A stretch of 64,000 nt of DNA from a virus. Its lineage: Duplodnaviria > Caudoviricetes. The position numbers and the translations under genes were made by a program. The stretch lies in IMG/VR virus record IMGVR_UViG_3300048898_000066, positions 5,325-69,324 of that record. One strand, written 5' to 3'. Shown one piece after another: positions 1-10,112 of this stretch. The notes under the pieces were generated by a model. That model had not been told where the DNA came from and ran no database searches. It worked only from the letters and a program-made list of their open reading frames with translations. How positions within the stretch are numbered: the stretch's first letter is position 1; every line of letters begins with the position of its first letter.

Positions 1-2
1 TC

Positions 3-208
3 TAATATTGCGATCTTACGATCTTGCGACGGTTTTAGGAAAGGTTCTATATACGTAAAGAAATGGTAGTCTTTATATAGAAACTCTTTAGACTCCAGTA
101 AGATCGCAAGATCGCAATATTACCGTGTTAAGCCCACCAACGGCGGGACTTTCAATCTTACGAGGCGACTTTAGTAGCGCGGCAAGATCGTAAAGCTCGC
201 AATATTAG
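3..208. repeat. Nested inverted repeats / iteron-like AATATTGCGATCTT motif cluster
   Basis: 3-25 taatattgcgatcttacgatctt pairs with 100-122 (22/23); inner IR ttctatata 45-53 / tatatagaa 74-82; third degenerate copy 182-208. Confidence 0.85.
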
Positions 209-288
209 GCGAACACAACTCCTATTACGCGGCAAACACGCTCCGATTTATACTTGGCCCGTTCACAATTCTGTCCGATACCGATATA

Positions 289-1821
289 ATGGCTACAGCA
301 CGCGAAATAGATGAAAACGGTTACCTCACCGTTCGCGGCAATCCTATTTCGTCTTTCGGCGTATTTGATTATTCCGCAGGACAATTAGGGCTGGAAGGCG
401 ACCCGATGCGGATCGTCAAAGTGTTCCGTCCGGAATCGGCGGTGAATAATCAGGCTACGATGGACTCGTTTAAGAATGTTCCTCTGATCATCAAGCACGC
501 GATGCTGTCAGGATTTGAGGATGACGATGAAGACGGTGTCGTGGCTCCGGAGGCAAAGGGCATTGACGGCGTTCTGACCGGGAACGTGTACTATGAGGCA
601 CCTTGGATGCGCGGCGACATAAAGGTGTTCTCTCGCAAGGCGCAGAAGGCTTTGAAGCTCGGGCTGAAAGACCTTTCACTGGGCTATGATTGCCGCTTCT
701 ACTACAAGCCTGGCACATTTGAAGGCCAAGACTATGAGTACGTTCAGGACAACCTGATCGGAAACCACATTGCGATGGTGCCCGAAGGCCGGGTATCTGG
801 CGCAGCAGTTCTCGATGCCAAAATCATCGGCTCCAAAGCCTTTGTTTTCGACGGAGAGGGCGAGAACAGCGGTTATGTTCGCATGACTGTCGAAGAAGTG
901 ATTTTTAACACCAACGAGGAAAATATGGCTACTAAAGCAAAAACTGCCGCTCAGCCCGTTCGCCGCAAGGCGATGGACAATGCGGTTCAGCAGCTGCTTG
1001 GCCTGATTCCTGCGCTGAAAACTTTCCTTGAACAGGAGGCCACCGAGCCTGCTCATCAAGAGGGCGGCGCGGGAGAAGGACAAGCAGAACAGGCTGGCGT
1101 CGCAGGCAACGCTGGCGAACAGGGCAACAGCGCGGCCGCAGCGCAGGCTACTGGCGAAAACGAAGGCGGCGATGCAGGCTTTGGCGCGGAGGGCGGTGAA
1201 AGTGCCGGGGCAGAACCCGACCTGAACTCCCTCATCACCGAAGTCGAAGCATGCTTGGCCAAGCTGAAGGCCGCAGCAGGTGGCGGCGCAGCACAGGACG
1301 ACATGAATGAAGGACAATCTGGCCAGGAAGCCACCGCCACCGCAGAGGACTCTGTTGAAGGCCTCCAAGAAGAGTCGCATAACGCGACGGTCCCGACCGG
1401 CGACGAAGCCAACGGTTCGACCCCTGTCGATGACAACAACGGCAAAGCGTCGGCAGGACCGGCAGGCGGCATTAACGCGAAAGCAGGCGACTCTTCGCTG
1501 CGTGCTTTCTACGCTGATTCTGCTGCTAAGACTCGCATCTACGACGGGCTTTCTGAAGTTGTTGGAGCCTTCAATTGTGCAGCTATGGACGCACGTGAAG
1601 TTGCTGCTTACGGCGTGAAGAAGCTGGGTCTGAAAAACGTGCCCGCTGGCTCCGAAATCAATGCCGTGGAACTGTACCTGCAAGGTCGTGCTGCTGCCGC
1701 TGCGAACATCGCTAAAGATGTGCAACGCACCTCCGTGGGCGACTCGAAAGTTGGCTACAACGCTCCGCAACGCGGAACCGGTGACGCGAGCCTGGACACC
1801 TACATCAAGGCCTGCTCCTAA
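289..1821 (+). CDS. Prohead protease/scaffold (DUF2213-like)
   Basis: 510 aa; IDENGYL..NPIS, LSLGY.C and GNHIA.V..GR motifs; acidic Ala/Gly/Glu-rich C-terminal half; first gene of the head module. Confidence 0.85.
   Translation: MATAREIDENGYLTVRGNPISSFGVFDYSAGQLGLEGDPMRIVKVFRPESAVNNQATMDSFKNVPLIIKHAMLSGFEDDDEDGVVAPEAKGIDGVLTGNVYYEAPWMRGDIKVFSRKAQKALKLGLKDLSLGYDCRFYYKPGTFEGQDYEYVQDNLIGNHIAMVPEGRVSGAAVLDAKIIGSKAFVFDGEGENSGYVRMTVEEVIFNTNEENMATKAKTAAQPVRRKAMDNAVQQLLGLIPALKTFLEQEATEPAHQEGGAGEGQAEQAGVAGNAGEQGNSAAAAQATGENEGGDAGFGAEGGESAGAEPDLNSLITEVEACLAKLKAAAGGGAAQDDMNEGQSGQEATATAEDSVEGLQEESHNATVPTGDEANGSTPVDDNNGKASAGPAGGINAKAGDSSLRAFYADSAAKTRIYDGLSEVVGAFNCAAMDAREVAAYGVKKLGLKNVPAGSEINAVELYLQGRAAAAANIAKDVQRTSVGDSKVGYNAPQRGTGDASLDTYIKACS
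925..1821 (+). CDS. Putative nested in-frame scaffolding protein (internal start)
   Basis: gagga SD just upstream of ATG 925 (codon 213), directly after the protease domain. Confidence 0.55.
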   Translation: MATKAKTAAQPVRRKAMDNAVQQLLGLIPALKTFLEQEATEPAHQEGGAGEGQAEQAGVAGNAGEQGNSAAAAQATGENEGGDAGFGAEGGESAGAEPDLNSLITEVEACLAKLKAAAGGGAAQDDMNEGQSGQEATATAEDSVEGLQEESHNATVPTGDEANGSTPVDDNNGKASAGPAGGINAKAGDSSLRAFYADSAAKTRIYDGLSEVVGAFNCAAMDAREVAAYGVKKLGLKNVPAGSEINAVELYLQGRAAAAANIAKDVQRTSVGDSKVGYNAPQRGTGDASLDTYIKACS

Positions 1822-1851
1822 TCGAGCATCCGCAAATCAAGGAGAAATAAA

Positions 1852-2451
1852 ATGTTCCAAAAAGTCGTGAATCGCAGCTACACCGAAGGCTTTCCAGGCC
1901 AGATGACCTTTGGCGGTCCATACCGTGCCAAGCCAGGTCGCATCTCGTCCGCCTCCGGCAACACCATCGGTCTGGTATTCGGCGTAAGCGGTGAAGTGCC
2001 CAATGGTGGCTCCACCCAAGCAGTGATGGAACTGCGCGCAGCAGTCGGTGGCACCACCTTCCTCGGTATTCTGGGTCACCCACAACACTACGCTCTGAAC
2101 GGCACAGTATCTGGTGGCCCGCTGGCGCCATCCATTGACCTGCCGCAATGGTCCGAAGGTGAGTTCTTTGATATGGTCACCGGCATGTGCGTGGCCATCT
2201 ACAATGAAACCACTTCGACCAAGGCCGTTGCTTATGGTGACTCGCTGGCATACTGCACCACTGCAACCACTGCTCTGCAGAATCCGCAATCGGTTCCAGT
2301 CGGCGGCATCATCTCCGTCCCTGCCGGTGGATCGGTCCCTGCTGGCTTCCAAGCAATTCCGAATTCGAAAGTGCGCAATCCAATCTCGCTGGCTGCTTCT
2401 GCAGCTGGCGCGCCGGTTGCAGGCCTGACCAACATCCAGCTGACCAACTAA
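1852..2451 (+). CDS. Head decoration/cement protein
   Basis: 199 aa; aaggag SD; FQK.VN...GFPG N-terminus; lies between protease and capsid. Confidence 0.75.
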   Translation: MFQKVVNRSYTEGFPGQMTFGGPYRAKPGRISSASGNTIGLVFGVSGEVPNGGSTQAVMELRAAVGGTTFLGILGHPQHYALNGTVSGGPLAPSIDLPQWSEGEFFDMVTGMCVAIYNETTSTKAVAYGDSLAYCTTATTALQNPQSVPVGGIISVPAGGSVPAGFQAIPNSKVRNPISLAASAAGAPVAGLTNIQLTN

Positions 2452-2487
2452 TCGTTGGCAGGCTATCAGTAATTTAAGGAGAAAAAT

Positions 2488-3639
2488 ATGCAACCGAGCG
2501 TAACCCGTTCCAGCCTCAAAGGCCGAAGCATGAAGCCGTTCGATATGGGCTCTGCAGCCCTGACCGGACAGGCTGTGCAAGCCTTGGCAAATATCGGCCT
2601 GATCTTTGATCATTCCGTTGTTCAAGAGCAAATCCAAGCCCTGGCACGCGCAGGCGCCTTCAATCCAGAGCCGACCGCACGCGGCGCGATGGACTCGGCA
2701 TTCACCGCACCGGTCACCACTGCGTCCATTCCGACCCCGCTGCAATTCCTGCAGCAATGGCTGCCAGGCTTCGTCAAAGTGATGACCGCCGCGCGCAAGA
2801 TTGACGACATTCTGGGCGTGAAAACCGTCGGCTCCTGGCGCGATCAAGAGATCGTCCAGGGTATCGTTGAACCTGCTGGCGTTGCTGGCGAATACGGTGA
2901 CTTCACCGACATCCCGTTCACCAACTGGAACACCAACTTTGAACGTCGCACCATCATCCGTGGTGAAGCCGGCATCCAAGTTGGTATGCTGGAAGAGGAG
3001 CGTGCGTCGGCGATGCGTCTGAACAGCGCTGAAACCAAGCGCCAGCAGGCTGCTGTGTCCCTGGAAATCCTGCGCAATGCAGTTGGCTTCTATGGCTACG
3101 ATGCAGGCAACAACCGCACCTTTGGCCTGCTGAATGACCCCAACCTGCTGCCTTACATCACCTCGGTGACTGGCACCGGCTGGATCGGTGCATCGTTCCA
3201 GGCCATCTGCAACGACATCCGAATTGCTGTTCGCACCCTGCGTCTGCAGTCTCAAGACCAAGTCGACCCTGAAAAGGTTGATCTGACTCTGGTGCTGCCA
3301 ACCGGCAAGGTTGATCTGCTGACCACCGTGACCGACTTCGGCATCTCGGTGCGCGACTGGCTGACCCAGACCTATCCGAAAATCCGCGTGGTATCCGCAC
3401 CGGAATTCGGCGGCGCAAACGGTACTGACGATGTGTTCTATCTGTTCGCAGATGACATTGACTCGGCAATCGACGGCTCCAGCGACGGCGGCGAAGTCTT
3501 CGCCCAGCTGGTGCAGACCAAGTTCCAAACTGTAGGTGTGGAGAAGCGTGCCAAGACCTACATCGAGGACTACACCAACGGCACCGCTGGTGTACTGTGC
3601 AAACGCCCTTGGGCAGTTGTGCGCGTGACCGGTATCTAA
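2488..3639 (+). CDS. Major capsid protein (DUF2184-like, HK97 fold)
   Basis: 383 aa; strong SD aaggag; GEYGD, GLLNDPN and C-terminal GV..KRP.AV motifs; biased codon usage. Confidence 0.9.
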   Translation: MQPSVTRSSLKGRSMKPFDMGSAALTGQAVQALANIGLIFDHSVVQEQIQALARAGAFNPEPTARGAMDSAFTAPVTTASIPTPLQFLQQWLPGFVKVMTAARKIDDILGVKTVGSWRDQEIVQGIVEPAGVAGEYGDFTDIPFTNWNTNFERRTIIRGEAGIQVGMLEEERASAMRLNSAETKRQQAAVSLEILRNAVGFYGYDAGNNRTFGLLNDPNLLPYITSVTGTGWIGASFQAICNDIRIAVRTLRLQSQDQVDPEKVDLTLVLPTGKVDLLTTVTDFGISVRDWLTQTYPKIRVVSAPEFGGANGTDDVFYLFADDIDSAIDGSSDGGEVFAQLVQTKFQTVGVEKRAKTYIEDYTNGTAGVLCKRPWAVVRVTGI

Positions 3640-3656
3640 TCGGTTGCAAGTAGTAC

Positions 3657-3687
3657 CGGCCCCGGAATCTCTCCGGGGCCGTATAAC
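3657..3687 (+). promoter_or_regulatory. 10-bp GC hairpin after capsid gene followed by TATAAC
   Basis: cggccccgga-atctc-tccggggccg then tataac; no U-tract. Confidence 0.5.
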
Positions 3688-3741
3688 CGATCTGCTTTGG
3701 CTGTAGGGGCCACGGTGGACGTAATAACTAGGACTACAATT

Positions 3742-4194
3742 ATGAGCAAATATGTATACATCGTCTCCGCGATGACCGATTCCATCTCGTACTGCTTTTA
3801 CGCAGACCCTGTGAACGAGAAGGACACCCCAGCACTGCGCGAGAAAATCACCATTCGCGGCGGTCGCGGCCTACCGAGCCAACGAAGCGGATTCGGCGAG
3901 CAGTCGCACGACGTTCAAGGTATGCCGCTGTGGACTGCTGACGGAATTGTCACTCGCATCACAGAAGAGCAATATTCCCGACTGAAAGAACACCCATTGG
4001 CAAAGCGACACCTCGCAGCCAAGCGCCTGACCATGGTCAGCGAGGATGTCACAGGCAATCACAAGAAAGTGCGCCAGATTACGCGCGATATGGAAGGTCC
4101 AGACGGCCACTCGCTGCTGAACAAGTCCACTGTGAAACAGCGCATCAACAAAAACATCAAGGTTGCAGAAGACAACGACGCTAACCGCGTCTAA
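3742..4194 (+). CDS. Hypothetical head-module protein
   Basis: agga SD before ATG 3742; position between capsid and connector genes. Confidence 0.7.
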   Translation: MSKYVYIVSAMTDSISYCFYADPVNEKDTPALREKITIRGGRGLPSQRSGFGEQSHDVQGMPLWTADGIVTRITEEQYSRLKEHPLAKRHLAAKRLTMVSEDVTGNHKKVRQITRDMEGPDGHSLLNKSTVKQRINKNIKVAEDNDANRV

Positions 4195-4207
4195 GCAAGG
4201 AGTTGAG

Positions 4208-4660
4208 ATGGACTATGATGACGCACTTTTCAGGGCGCAGTATCCGGAATTTTCTGATACGGTGAAGTACCCTGAGCAAATGATCCATATGTTTTGGGAC
4301 GTTGCAATTCAGTTCATCTCAGACACCGACAATCCTTGCAGCATGCTGCAAGGTGGAGCGCGCCGTTATGCATTGAATGCTCTGACGGCGCACTTGATGA
4401 TCCTTTCCTCGCAGGCCTCACAAGGGCCAGCAGGAGCAGGCCAATCACAAGGCGGGTATGAAACTGGCGCAACGATTGGTGACGTAAGCGTAAGCCGCAT
4501 GGCGCCTCCCGTAAAGAACGGATGGCAATTTTGGCTCTCCCAGACACCATATGGTCAACAGCTGTGGGCTATGCTGTCGCTCAAGGCCGTTGGCGGCTGG
4601 TCCGTTGGTGGCTTGCCAGAACGCACTGGCTTCCGTAAGATCGGCGGGGTGTTCATTTGA
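4208..4660 (+). CDS. Head-tail connector (DUF4054-like)
   Basis: FRAQYPEF, G.VSVS and T.YGQ..W motifs; ggag SD. Confidence 0.8.
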   Translation: MDYDDALFRAQYPEFSDTVKYPEQMIHMFWDVAIQFISDTDNPCSMLQGGARRYALNALTAHLMILSSQASQGPAGAGQSQGGYETGATIGDVSVSRMAPPVKNGWQFWLSQTPYGQQLWAMLSLKAVGGWSVGGLPERTGFRKIGGVFI

Positions 4661-5046
4661 TCCCCGGCTCCAACCTCCTGCAGCAGGCAGGACGGCTAAT
4701 CAGATTTTCGAAAATCGACTATTATGTGTTCGATAGTAGGACTCTGAACATGGCCCGACAGTGGGTGAGCGCTTTCACTCATCTTCCTGATGTATATGCA
4801 TCAGTGCAGGCCGTTCAGCGCGACTCGTATCAACAGTACGGGCTTGATCTGCAAAAGAACTACGTCAAAGTATATGCCGCCATGAACATCATCGACCTTG
4901 AGCGCGACTCGTCTGGTGATCGGTTCATCTACAACGGCAGGCTGTTTCAGCTGGAGAGCAAATACACGTGGTGGAATGAGGATGGATGGGACAAGTGTAT
5001 CGCCGTTGAAATCGGCAAGCCAGTAAATGGAGGTCCAGGTGCGTGA
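4657..5046 (+). CDS. Head closure/neck protein
   Basis: 129 aa; overlaps the previous stop; SVQAV, D.FIYNG motifs; synteny. Confidence 0.65.
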   Translation: MIPGSNLLQQAGRLIRFSKIDYYVFDSRTLNMARQWVSAFTHLPDVYASVQAVQRDSYQQYGLDLQKNYVKVYAAMNIIDLERDSSGDRFIYNGRLFQLESKYTWWNEDGWDKCIAVEIGKPVNGGPGA

Positions 5047-5602
5047 TTTGGAACTTATCGACCTGCTGGCCACCAAACTGGAGCAGGCCAGCGCAGCAGC
5101 CGGATGGAACTACGCAGTCATTCAGACCAGTGGGCCTACGCAACAGGGCATTCCTGATGCACCCATCATCATGTTCCAGAAGCTTTTTGACGAGCCGCGC
5201 GGCTGGCCGAAAAGCACAAGCGTTTATGAACCCGTTGCAGATCAGTTCACCACAAAATCGCTACAGGAATATCAAACGACGTTTCAAATCAGCGCACTAG
5301 TAATTCAAGTCCCAGACGACCTGACTCTTCCGACTGCATCTGACGTGGCAAACTACATGTACAATGCCCTGCACAGCCGCTCGACCGTCAGCGCGTTCAT
5401 GAAAGTCGGAGTCAACGTCATGCGCGCTCCGCAAATCGGCAACGCATATTTCGAAGATGACCGCTCGCGCTTTGAAGCACGACCATCTTTTGATATCATT
5501 CTCACGCATAGTCGCGAGGTCGGCCAGATCACCCCAGCAGTCCACGTGGTAGAAGGAGAGGAGCACGCCGGATTTGTTGGAAAAGGCACGTTCCCGGTGT
5601 AA
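5027..5602 (+). CDS. Tail terminator/neck protein
   Basis: 191 aa; TTFQISAL and FE.RPSFD motifs; synteny. Confidence 0.65.
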   Translation: MEVQVRDLELIDLLATKLEQASAAAGWNYAVIQTSGPTQQGIPDAPIIMFQKLFDEPRGWPKSTSVYEPVADQFTTKSLQEYQTTFQISALVIQVPDDLTLPTASDVANYMYNALHSRSTVSAFMKVGVNVMRAPQIGNAYFEDDRSRFEARPSFDIILTHSREVGQITPAVHVVEGEEHAGFVGKGTFPV

Positions 5603-5604
5603 TC

Positions 5605-6060
5605 ATGGCAGGATCAAAGATGCTGGCGCGGCACATAAATGCGCTGAAGGCAATGAAGGGCAAAAAGGTCGAATCAGGATGGTTTGAGACTGACAGATAC
5701 CCTTCTGGCCGCTCTGTCGCCGCCAATGCACGTGTCCAAGAGTTCGGAGCGATCATTAAGCGCGGAGACACGATAATAACGATTCCGGCACGACCGTTCA
5801 TGCGCCTAGCGTGGTCGCAGTTCAGCCAGAAGCGCCACGAGATACAGGCCAAAGTGGCCTATAAAATGGTGAACGAGAGTTTGACCCCTAATGAGGTATT
5901 GGGATTAATCGGCCTCGCTCTTGAAGCGGAGATCACACGATCCATAAAGAATGGAAACTGGGAGCCGAATGCACCTTCAACCGTGCGAAATAAGGGCTTT
6001 AACAGGCCTCTTGTCCACTCCTCACTTATGGGACAGTCCGTTAGCAGCAAAGTTTCTTAA
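5605..6060 (+). CDS. Tail completion protein (HK97 gp10-like)
   Basis: EFGA..IPARPFMR and PNAPST...KG..RPL motifs. Confidence 0.75.
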   Translation: MAGSKMLARHINALKAMKGKKVESGWFETDRYPSGRSVAANARVQEFGAIIKRGDTIITIPARPFMRLAWSQFSQKRHEIQAKVAYKMVNESLTPNEVLGLIGLALEAEITRSIKNGNWEPNAPSTVRNKGFNRPLVHSSLMGQSVSSKVS

Positions 6061-6075
6061 CCAATAGGATATATC

Positions 6076-7596
6076 ATGATTAACCAAAAACGTTATGTCA
6101 ACATCGTGTCCGGTGTAGGCGCTGGCGTGAACGTTGGCGCTCGTCAACTCATCCTGCGCATCATGACACAGAATCCGGCCCTGTCGCCGGGCATCGTAGC
6201 AGAGTTTCCAAATGCAGATTCCGTTGGTAACTTCTTCACCATGCAATCGGAAGAGTACAAGCGCGCTCTGGCATACTTCTCCTTCATCAGCAAGAGCGTC
6301 AAATCGCCGCAACTCATCAGTTTTGCGCGATGGATCAGCACTGCAATTGCTCCCATGGTTGTTGGCGATGCACTGCCGAAGAAGCTGGCAGACTTCACGC
6401 CAATCAGCGCAGGGACTCTGGATATCAAGATTGGTGCAGCAGCGCCGATCAACATCCCGGCAATCAACCTGAGCACCGCAGTCAGCCTGACCGATGTTGC
6501 ATCCAAAGTTCAAACGGCCATCCGCCTGAATGTTGCACCTCAGCTTGCCAATGCAACGGTAACCTACAACACGAACACCAATCAGTTCGTTTTTACTGGC
6601 TCCGTGACCGGTTCCGGAACCATCATCTTCGTTCCTGGTGCAGCAAATGACATCTCCGGTATGCTCGGCCTCAGCACCGCAGGCTCCGTGCAAGCTGACG
6701 GCCAGGCCGCAGATACCGCAGCGCAAGCCGTCGCAAAAAGCGCGGACATCAGCAACAACTTCGGTTCGTTCGTATTTGCCACTCCATCGACCGCTCTGAC
6801 CAACCAGAACATTGTTGACATCGCGGCATGGAACCACGGCCAGAACAACATGTACATCTATTCGCTGGCCGCTCTGATGGCTGACGCTGCTGCTCTGTCG
6901 CCTCTGCTGATCGGCTATAGCGGTTGCTCGCTGAACATCAAGTCCACCGTCACCCCTGACGACTTCGTTGAGCAGTCGCCTTGCGAGATCCTTGCAGCGA
7001 CCGATTACAACTCGGTCAACGCCACGCAGAACTACATGTACTATCAGTTCGGCGCTCGCCACTCGACCGTCAACACCGATACGCTGGCCGACCAGATGGA
7101 TGCCCTGCGAGCCAACTACATCGGAACGACTCAGTCAGCAGGCCAGAACCTGTCGTTTTACCAGCGCGGCCTGCTGATGGGCGATGGAACCGCTGCTGTC
7201 GATACCAACACTTATGCCAATGAAATTTGGCTGAAGTCGGATATTGCCGCTGGAATCCTGACCATGTTCCTGGCATTGCCTGCCGTGCCTGCTGATGATG
7301 AAGGTCGCGCAATCGTTCTTGGCGTTCTGCAAAAGTCCATCAACAAGGGCAAGGACAATGGCACCATTTCGTCCGGCAAGGCAATCGACAATATCAAGCA
7401 GCAGTACATCACTCGCCTGTCCGGTGATCCGCTGGCTTGGCGCCAAGTACAAAACATCGGCTTCTGGGTTAATGTGTCGTTCTCGTCCTACGTGAACAGC
7501 AATACCCATCTGGTCGAATGGAAGGCGAGCTACACGTTGATCTACAGCAAAGACGATCAAATCCGCTTCGTTGAAGGCCAGGATATCATGATCTAA
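6076..7596 (+). CDS. Contractile tail sheath (DUF3383-like)
   Basis: 506 aa; YVNIVSGVGA start, YANEIWLK and Y.LIYSKDD.IRFVEG end. Confidence 0.85.
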   Translation: MINQKRYVNIVSGVGAGVNVGARQLILRIMTQNPALSPGIVAEFPNADSVGNFFTMQSEEYKRALAYFSFISKSVKSPQLISFARWISTAIAPMVVGDALPKKLADFTPISAGTLDIKIGAAAPINIPAINLSTAVSLTDVASKVQTAIRLNVAPQLANATVTYNTNTNQFVFTGSVTGSGTIIFVPGAANDISGMLGLSTAGSVQADGQAADTAAQAVAKSADISNNFGSFVFATPSTALTNQNIVDIAAWNHGQNNMYIYSLAALMADAAALSPLLIGYSGCSLNIKSTVTPDDFVEQSPCEILAATDYNSVNATQNYMYYQFGARHSTVNTDTLADQMDALRANYIGTTQSAGQNLSFYQRGLLMGDGTAAVDTNTYANEIWLKSDIAAGILTMFLALPAVPADDEGRAIVLGVLQKSINKGKDNGTISSGKAIDNIKQQYITRLSGDPLAWRQVQNIGFWVNVSFSSYVNSNTHLVEWKASYTLIYSKDDQIRFVEGQDIMI

Positions 7597-7602
7597 TCCT
7601 GC

Positions 7603-7651
7603 TCGCGGCGATACACAGGACTATCTCTGAGTATCGCCGCGACGGTACAAT
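7603..7651 (+). promoter_or_regulatory. 12-bp hairpin followed by TACAAT upstream of tail tube gene
   Basis: tcgcggcgatac 7603-7614 / gtatcgccgcga 7631-7642; tacaat 7646-7651; gaaagga SD follows. Confidence 0.55.
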
Positions 7652-7672
7652 TACCAACGAAAGGACATTAAC

Positions 7673-8131
7673 ATGGAAAACATTTCCGGCTTTGGCTTGC
7701 TGGCAAATCTGACAGCCTCCCGAACCTTCCCAAACGGCTTCCAAATCAGCAAATTTGCTGACGACACCGACCCACTGGATGCGCCTGATCTGGAAGTTGC
7801 TGAGACGGCATTTGGCCTGAACGGCGATATGGTCACATGGACGCGACCAACTGGCATCGAAATCACCGTTTCGGTTCTGCCGAACAGTGATGAAGAGGCA
7901 AATCTTGCCGCTCTGGTTGAAGCCAACCGCGTTGCCAAGAAGAAGCCAGGCGCGCGTGACGTCATCAACATCGTCCTTGCCTACCCGAACGGCGATACCG
8001 CCACCTGCTCCACCGGCGTGGTAGTTACCGGTCCTGTGATCCAGGCAGTGGCAAGCACCGGTCGCATGAAGACTCGCCAGTTCAAGTTCCGATTTGAACA
8101 AGTGTCCCGTCAGAAAAATCCGGTGGTATAA
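7673..8131 (+). CDS. Tail tube protein
   Basis: 152 aa after sheath; ISGFG, FADD.DPLD and GR.KT..F.F.F motifs. Confidence 0.8.
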   Translation: MENISGFGLLANLTASRTFPNGFQISKFADDTDPLDAPDLEVAETAFGLNGDMVTWTRPTGIEITVSVLPNSDEEANLAALVEANRVAKKKPGARDVINIVLAYPNGDTATCSTGVVVTGPVIQAVASTGRMKTRQFKFRFEQVSRQKNPVV

Positions 8132-8451
8132 TGCTGCAAATCCCTATTTCCGCCGTGCCCAACCAAGCCCTTTCATTTAATGCTGATGGGGCATATTGGC
8201 AACTCCACATCTTTCAAGCAATTGAGTCGATGTGCGTTGACGTACGGCGGAATGGGGTGGACATCATTACAGGAGTTCGCGCGGCAGTAGGCGATCCGGT
8301 TATGCCATATCCGCACATGTACCAGCCTCTGTATGGAAATTTCGTTTTCGACGGTGACGTTGACTGGACGACGTTCGGGGCAGAGTGCAGATTGTTCTAT
8401 ATGAGCGCGGATGAGTTCAAACAGTATCAAGCACTTGTAGCGGCGGAATAA
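8131..8451 (+). CDS. Baseplate-associated small protein
   Basis: 106 aa; IP...PNQ...F start typical of baseplate plug-like proteins; coupled to neighbours. Confidence 0.55.
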   Translation: MLQIPISAVPNQALSFNADGAYWQLHIFQAIESMCVDVRRNGVDIITGVRAAVGDPVMPYPHMYQPLYGNFVFDGDVDWTTFGAECRLFYMSADEFKQYQALVAAE

Positions 8452-8801
8452 TGGCAACTGCAACCCTCCAGATGAACGATGAGAACGACCTGTTTCTTCC
8501 TGACGGTCGCAATCTCGTCGTTTTGAATGGCGCACCTGCGTGTTTGCAGGATATCCTTTCAAAGACTCGTATGAGACTTGGCGAGGATATTTACAACGTC
8601 AAAAATGGCGTCGATTATCTCGGCACAATTTTCACGCCGCAGCCGAATGATGGCGCGGCGCGTAAATCTCTGATCGACAACATCAAGGCAAGCCCTGACG
8701 TGTTGAGCGTTGACCAACTCAACGTCACGATACGTCAGGATGTGTTCAACTATGAAGCACAGGTCGTGACCATATACGGCCTGGAAACCTTAAGAGGATA
8801 A
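8451..8801 (+). CDS. Baseplate wedge/sheath initiator (gp25-like)
   Basis: 116 aa; GE..YN...GVDY motif and ..V.TIYG end. Confidence 0.65.
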   Translation: MATATLQMNDENDLFLPDGRNLVVLNGAPACLQDILSKTRMRLGEDIYNVKNGVDYLGTIFTPQPNDGAARKSLIDNIKASPDVLSVDQLNVTIRQDVFNYEAQVVTIYGLETLRG

Positions 8802-8802
8802 C

Positions 8803-9072
8803 ATGAGTGAAAATACCATCTTCCAATTCGCGCACGGCGTTCTGGTGTGCAACGGCAAGCAACTGAACCAGGCCTCCGAAAAGCGCGACCTGTCCATTGA
8901 CGAGATGCCTGCCAACCCGATGGCCGGTAATGTCGTAGAAATCAGCGCCGACGAAGGCAAGGACGAATCCGGTGAGGCCAAATCGGACGCTCCGGACACC
9001 AACAAGCCAGCCGCAACCACCGAAGAAGCGCCAAAGGTCGATGTCAAGACCGCCGCGCCTGCTAAGAAGTAA
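8803..9072 (+). CDS. Hypothetical protein with acidic low-complexity tail
   Basis: 89 aa; agga SD; phage-like codon usage. Confidence 0.65.
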   Translation: MSENTIFQFAHGVLVCNGKQLNQASEKRDLSIDEMPANPMAGNVVEISADEGKDESGEAKSDAPDTNKPAATTEEAPKVDVKTAAPAKK

Positions 9073-9093
9073 TTAACGACTTTACATCCAGAT

Positions 9094-9591
9094 ATGATTA
9101 ACATCGGAGCCCACGGACTCAGCATTCAGCTGATCGCACTTCAGTCGTTCCCTATGGGGTTCTCGCTAAGTCAGTTTGCCGATGATGTTAATCCTCTGGA
9201 TGTAAAGGACACAGAGCCTTTCGGATATGAATTGCTCTATGACGGTGAGATGTTCGCTTTTGACAAGGCCAACGTCATAGAGTTGTCCATTTCAGTCATT
9301 GCAGGAAGCGATGATGACATCAACCTCAAGATTCTTCTCCAGTCCAGAAAGGGAGGGGCGAGGATTGCTCCAATCCCTGATGCTGTGACTCTGGTGATTA
9401 GCTATCCAACTGGCACGGTTATGCTGACTAAAGGCACAATTCTGGCCGGTCCACTGGCAGATACCGTCCTTGCTGACGGGCGCAAGAAAGGTAACACATA
9501 CAGATTCGCATTCAGCGCATTTGCAGGCGCGCAGACCCGCCGCGAGTTGATTGGTACCATCACCCAAAACGTCGTTAATGTTCTGCGATGA
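9094..9591 (+). CDS. Second tail-tube-like protein (tube initiator)
   Basis: GFSLSQFADDVNPLD and GR.KG..Y.FAF match the 7673 gene. Confidence 0.7.
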   Translation: MINIGAHGLSIQLIALQSFPMGFSLSQFADDVNPLDVKDTEPFGYELLYDGEMFAFDKANVIELSISVIAGSDDDINLKILLQSRKGGARIAPIPDAVTLVISYPTGTVMLTKGTILAGPLADTVLADGRKKGNTYRFAFSAFAGAQTRRELIGTITQNVVNVLR

Positions 9592-10112
9592 ACCCTATCT
9601 CGTCAATATTCTCATCGCCAGTTATGAGCATCACGAACAAGACGAAAGGCCTTTCGGTTCTTATTCCTATGCGCATCCTGAAAACTTCTTTGAGGTTTCA
9701 GTCAAAGGCCGCGCGCCATATGATGGAGACTGGATCAAGCGTAGTTGATCAGCGCGTACTGATGCCGATTGGCATCGAGATAGAGATGATTGCACCAAGT
9801 GACGATTCGCTGTTGCAGGCAAACGAAGCATTCCTGGATCGCTCGTCCATGTTCACGATTCAAACTCGCGGCATCATCATCGATGACATGCGGGTCGATT
9901 ACGAAGGACTGGACCAGAACGCAAAGAACATATCGTCCACGCCGATGAAGTACTCATTCACACAACTGCTTTACCAAGGCCAGAATAACGCTATCGCGGC
10001 ACAGTCTGGTGATGCGTCCATGATTGACCGTGGTCTGTCCGTGATTAACCGGGCTACGGAAACGGTTGACGGAGTCTTCAACAAAATCAACAATATCACT
10101 TCGGTATTCTGA
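9588..10112 (+). CDS. Baseplate/tube initiator (Dit-like)
   Basis: 174 aa; ETGS.VVD..V..P..I motif. Confidence 0.55.
   Translation: MNPISSIFSSPVMSITNKTKGLSVLIPMRILKTSLRFQSKAARHMMETGSSVVDQRVLMPIGIEIEMIAPSDDSLLQANEAFLDRSSMFTIQTRGIIIDDMRVDYEGLDQNAKNISSTPMKYSFTQLLYQGQNNAIAAQSGDASMIDRGLSVINRATETVDGVFNKINNITSVF

Noticed and set aside
676-1770. 364-aa minus-strand ORF
   Set aside because: Antisense shadow of the protease/scaffold gene
1837-3528. 563-aa minus-strand ORF
   Set aside because: Antisense shadow of the decoration and capsid genes; no motifs or SD
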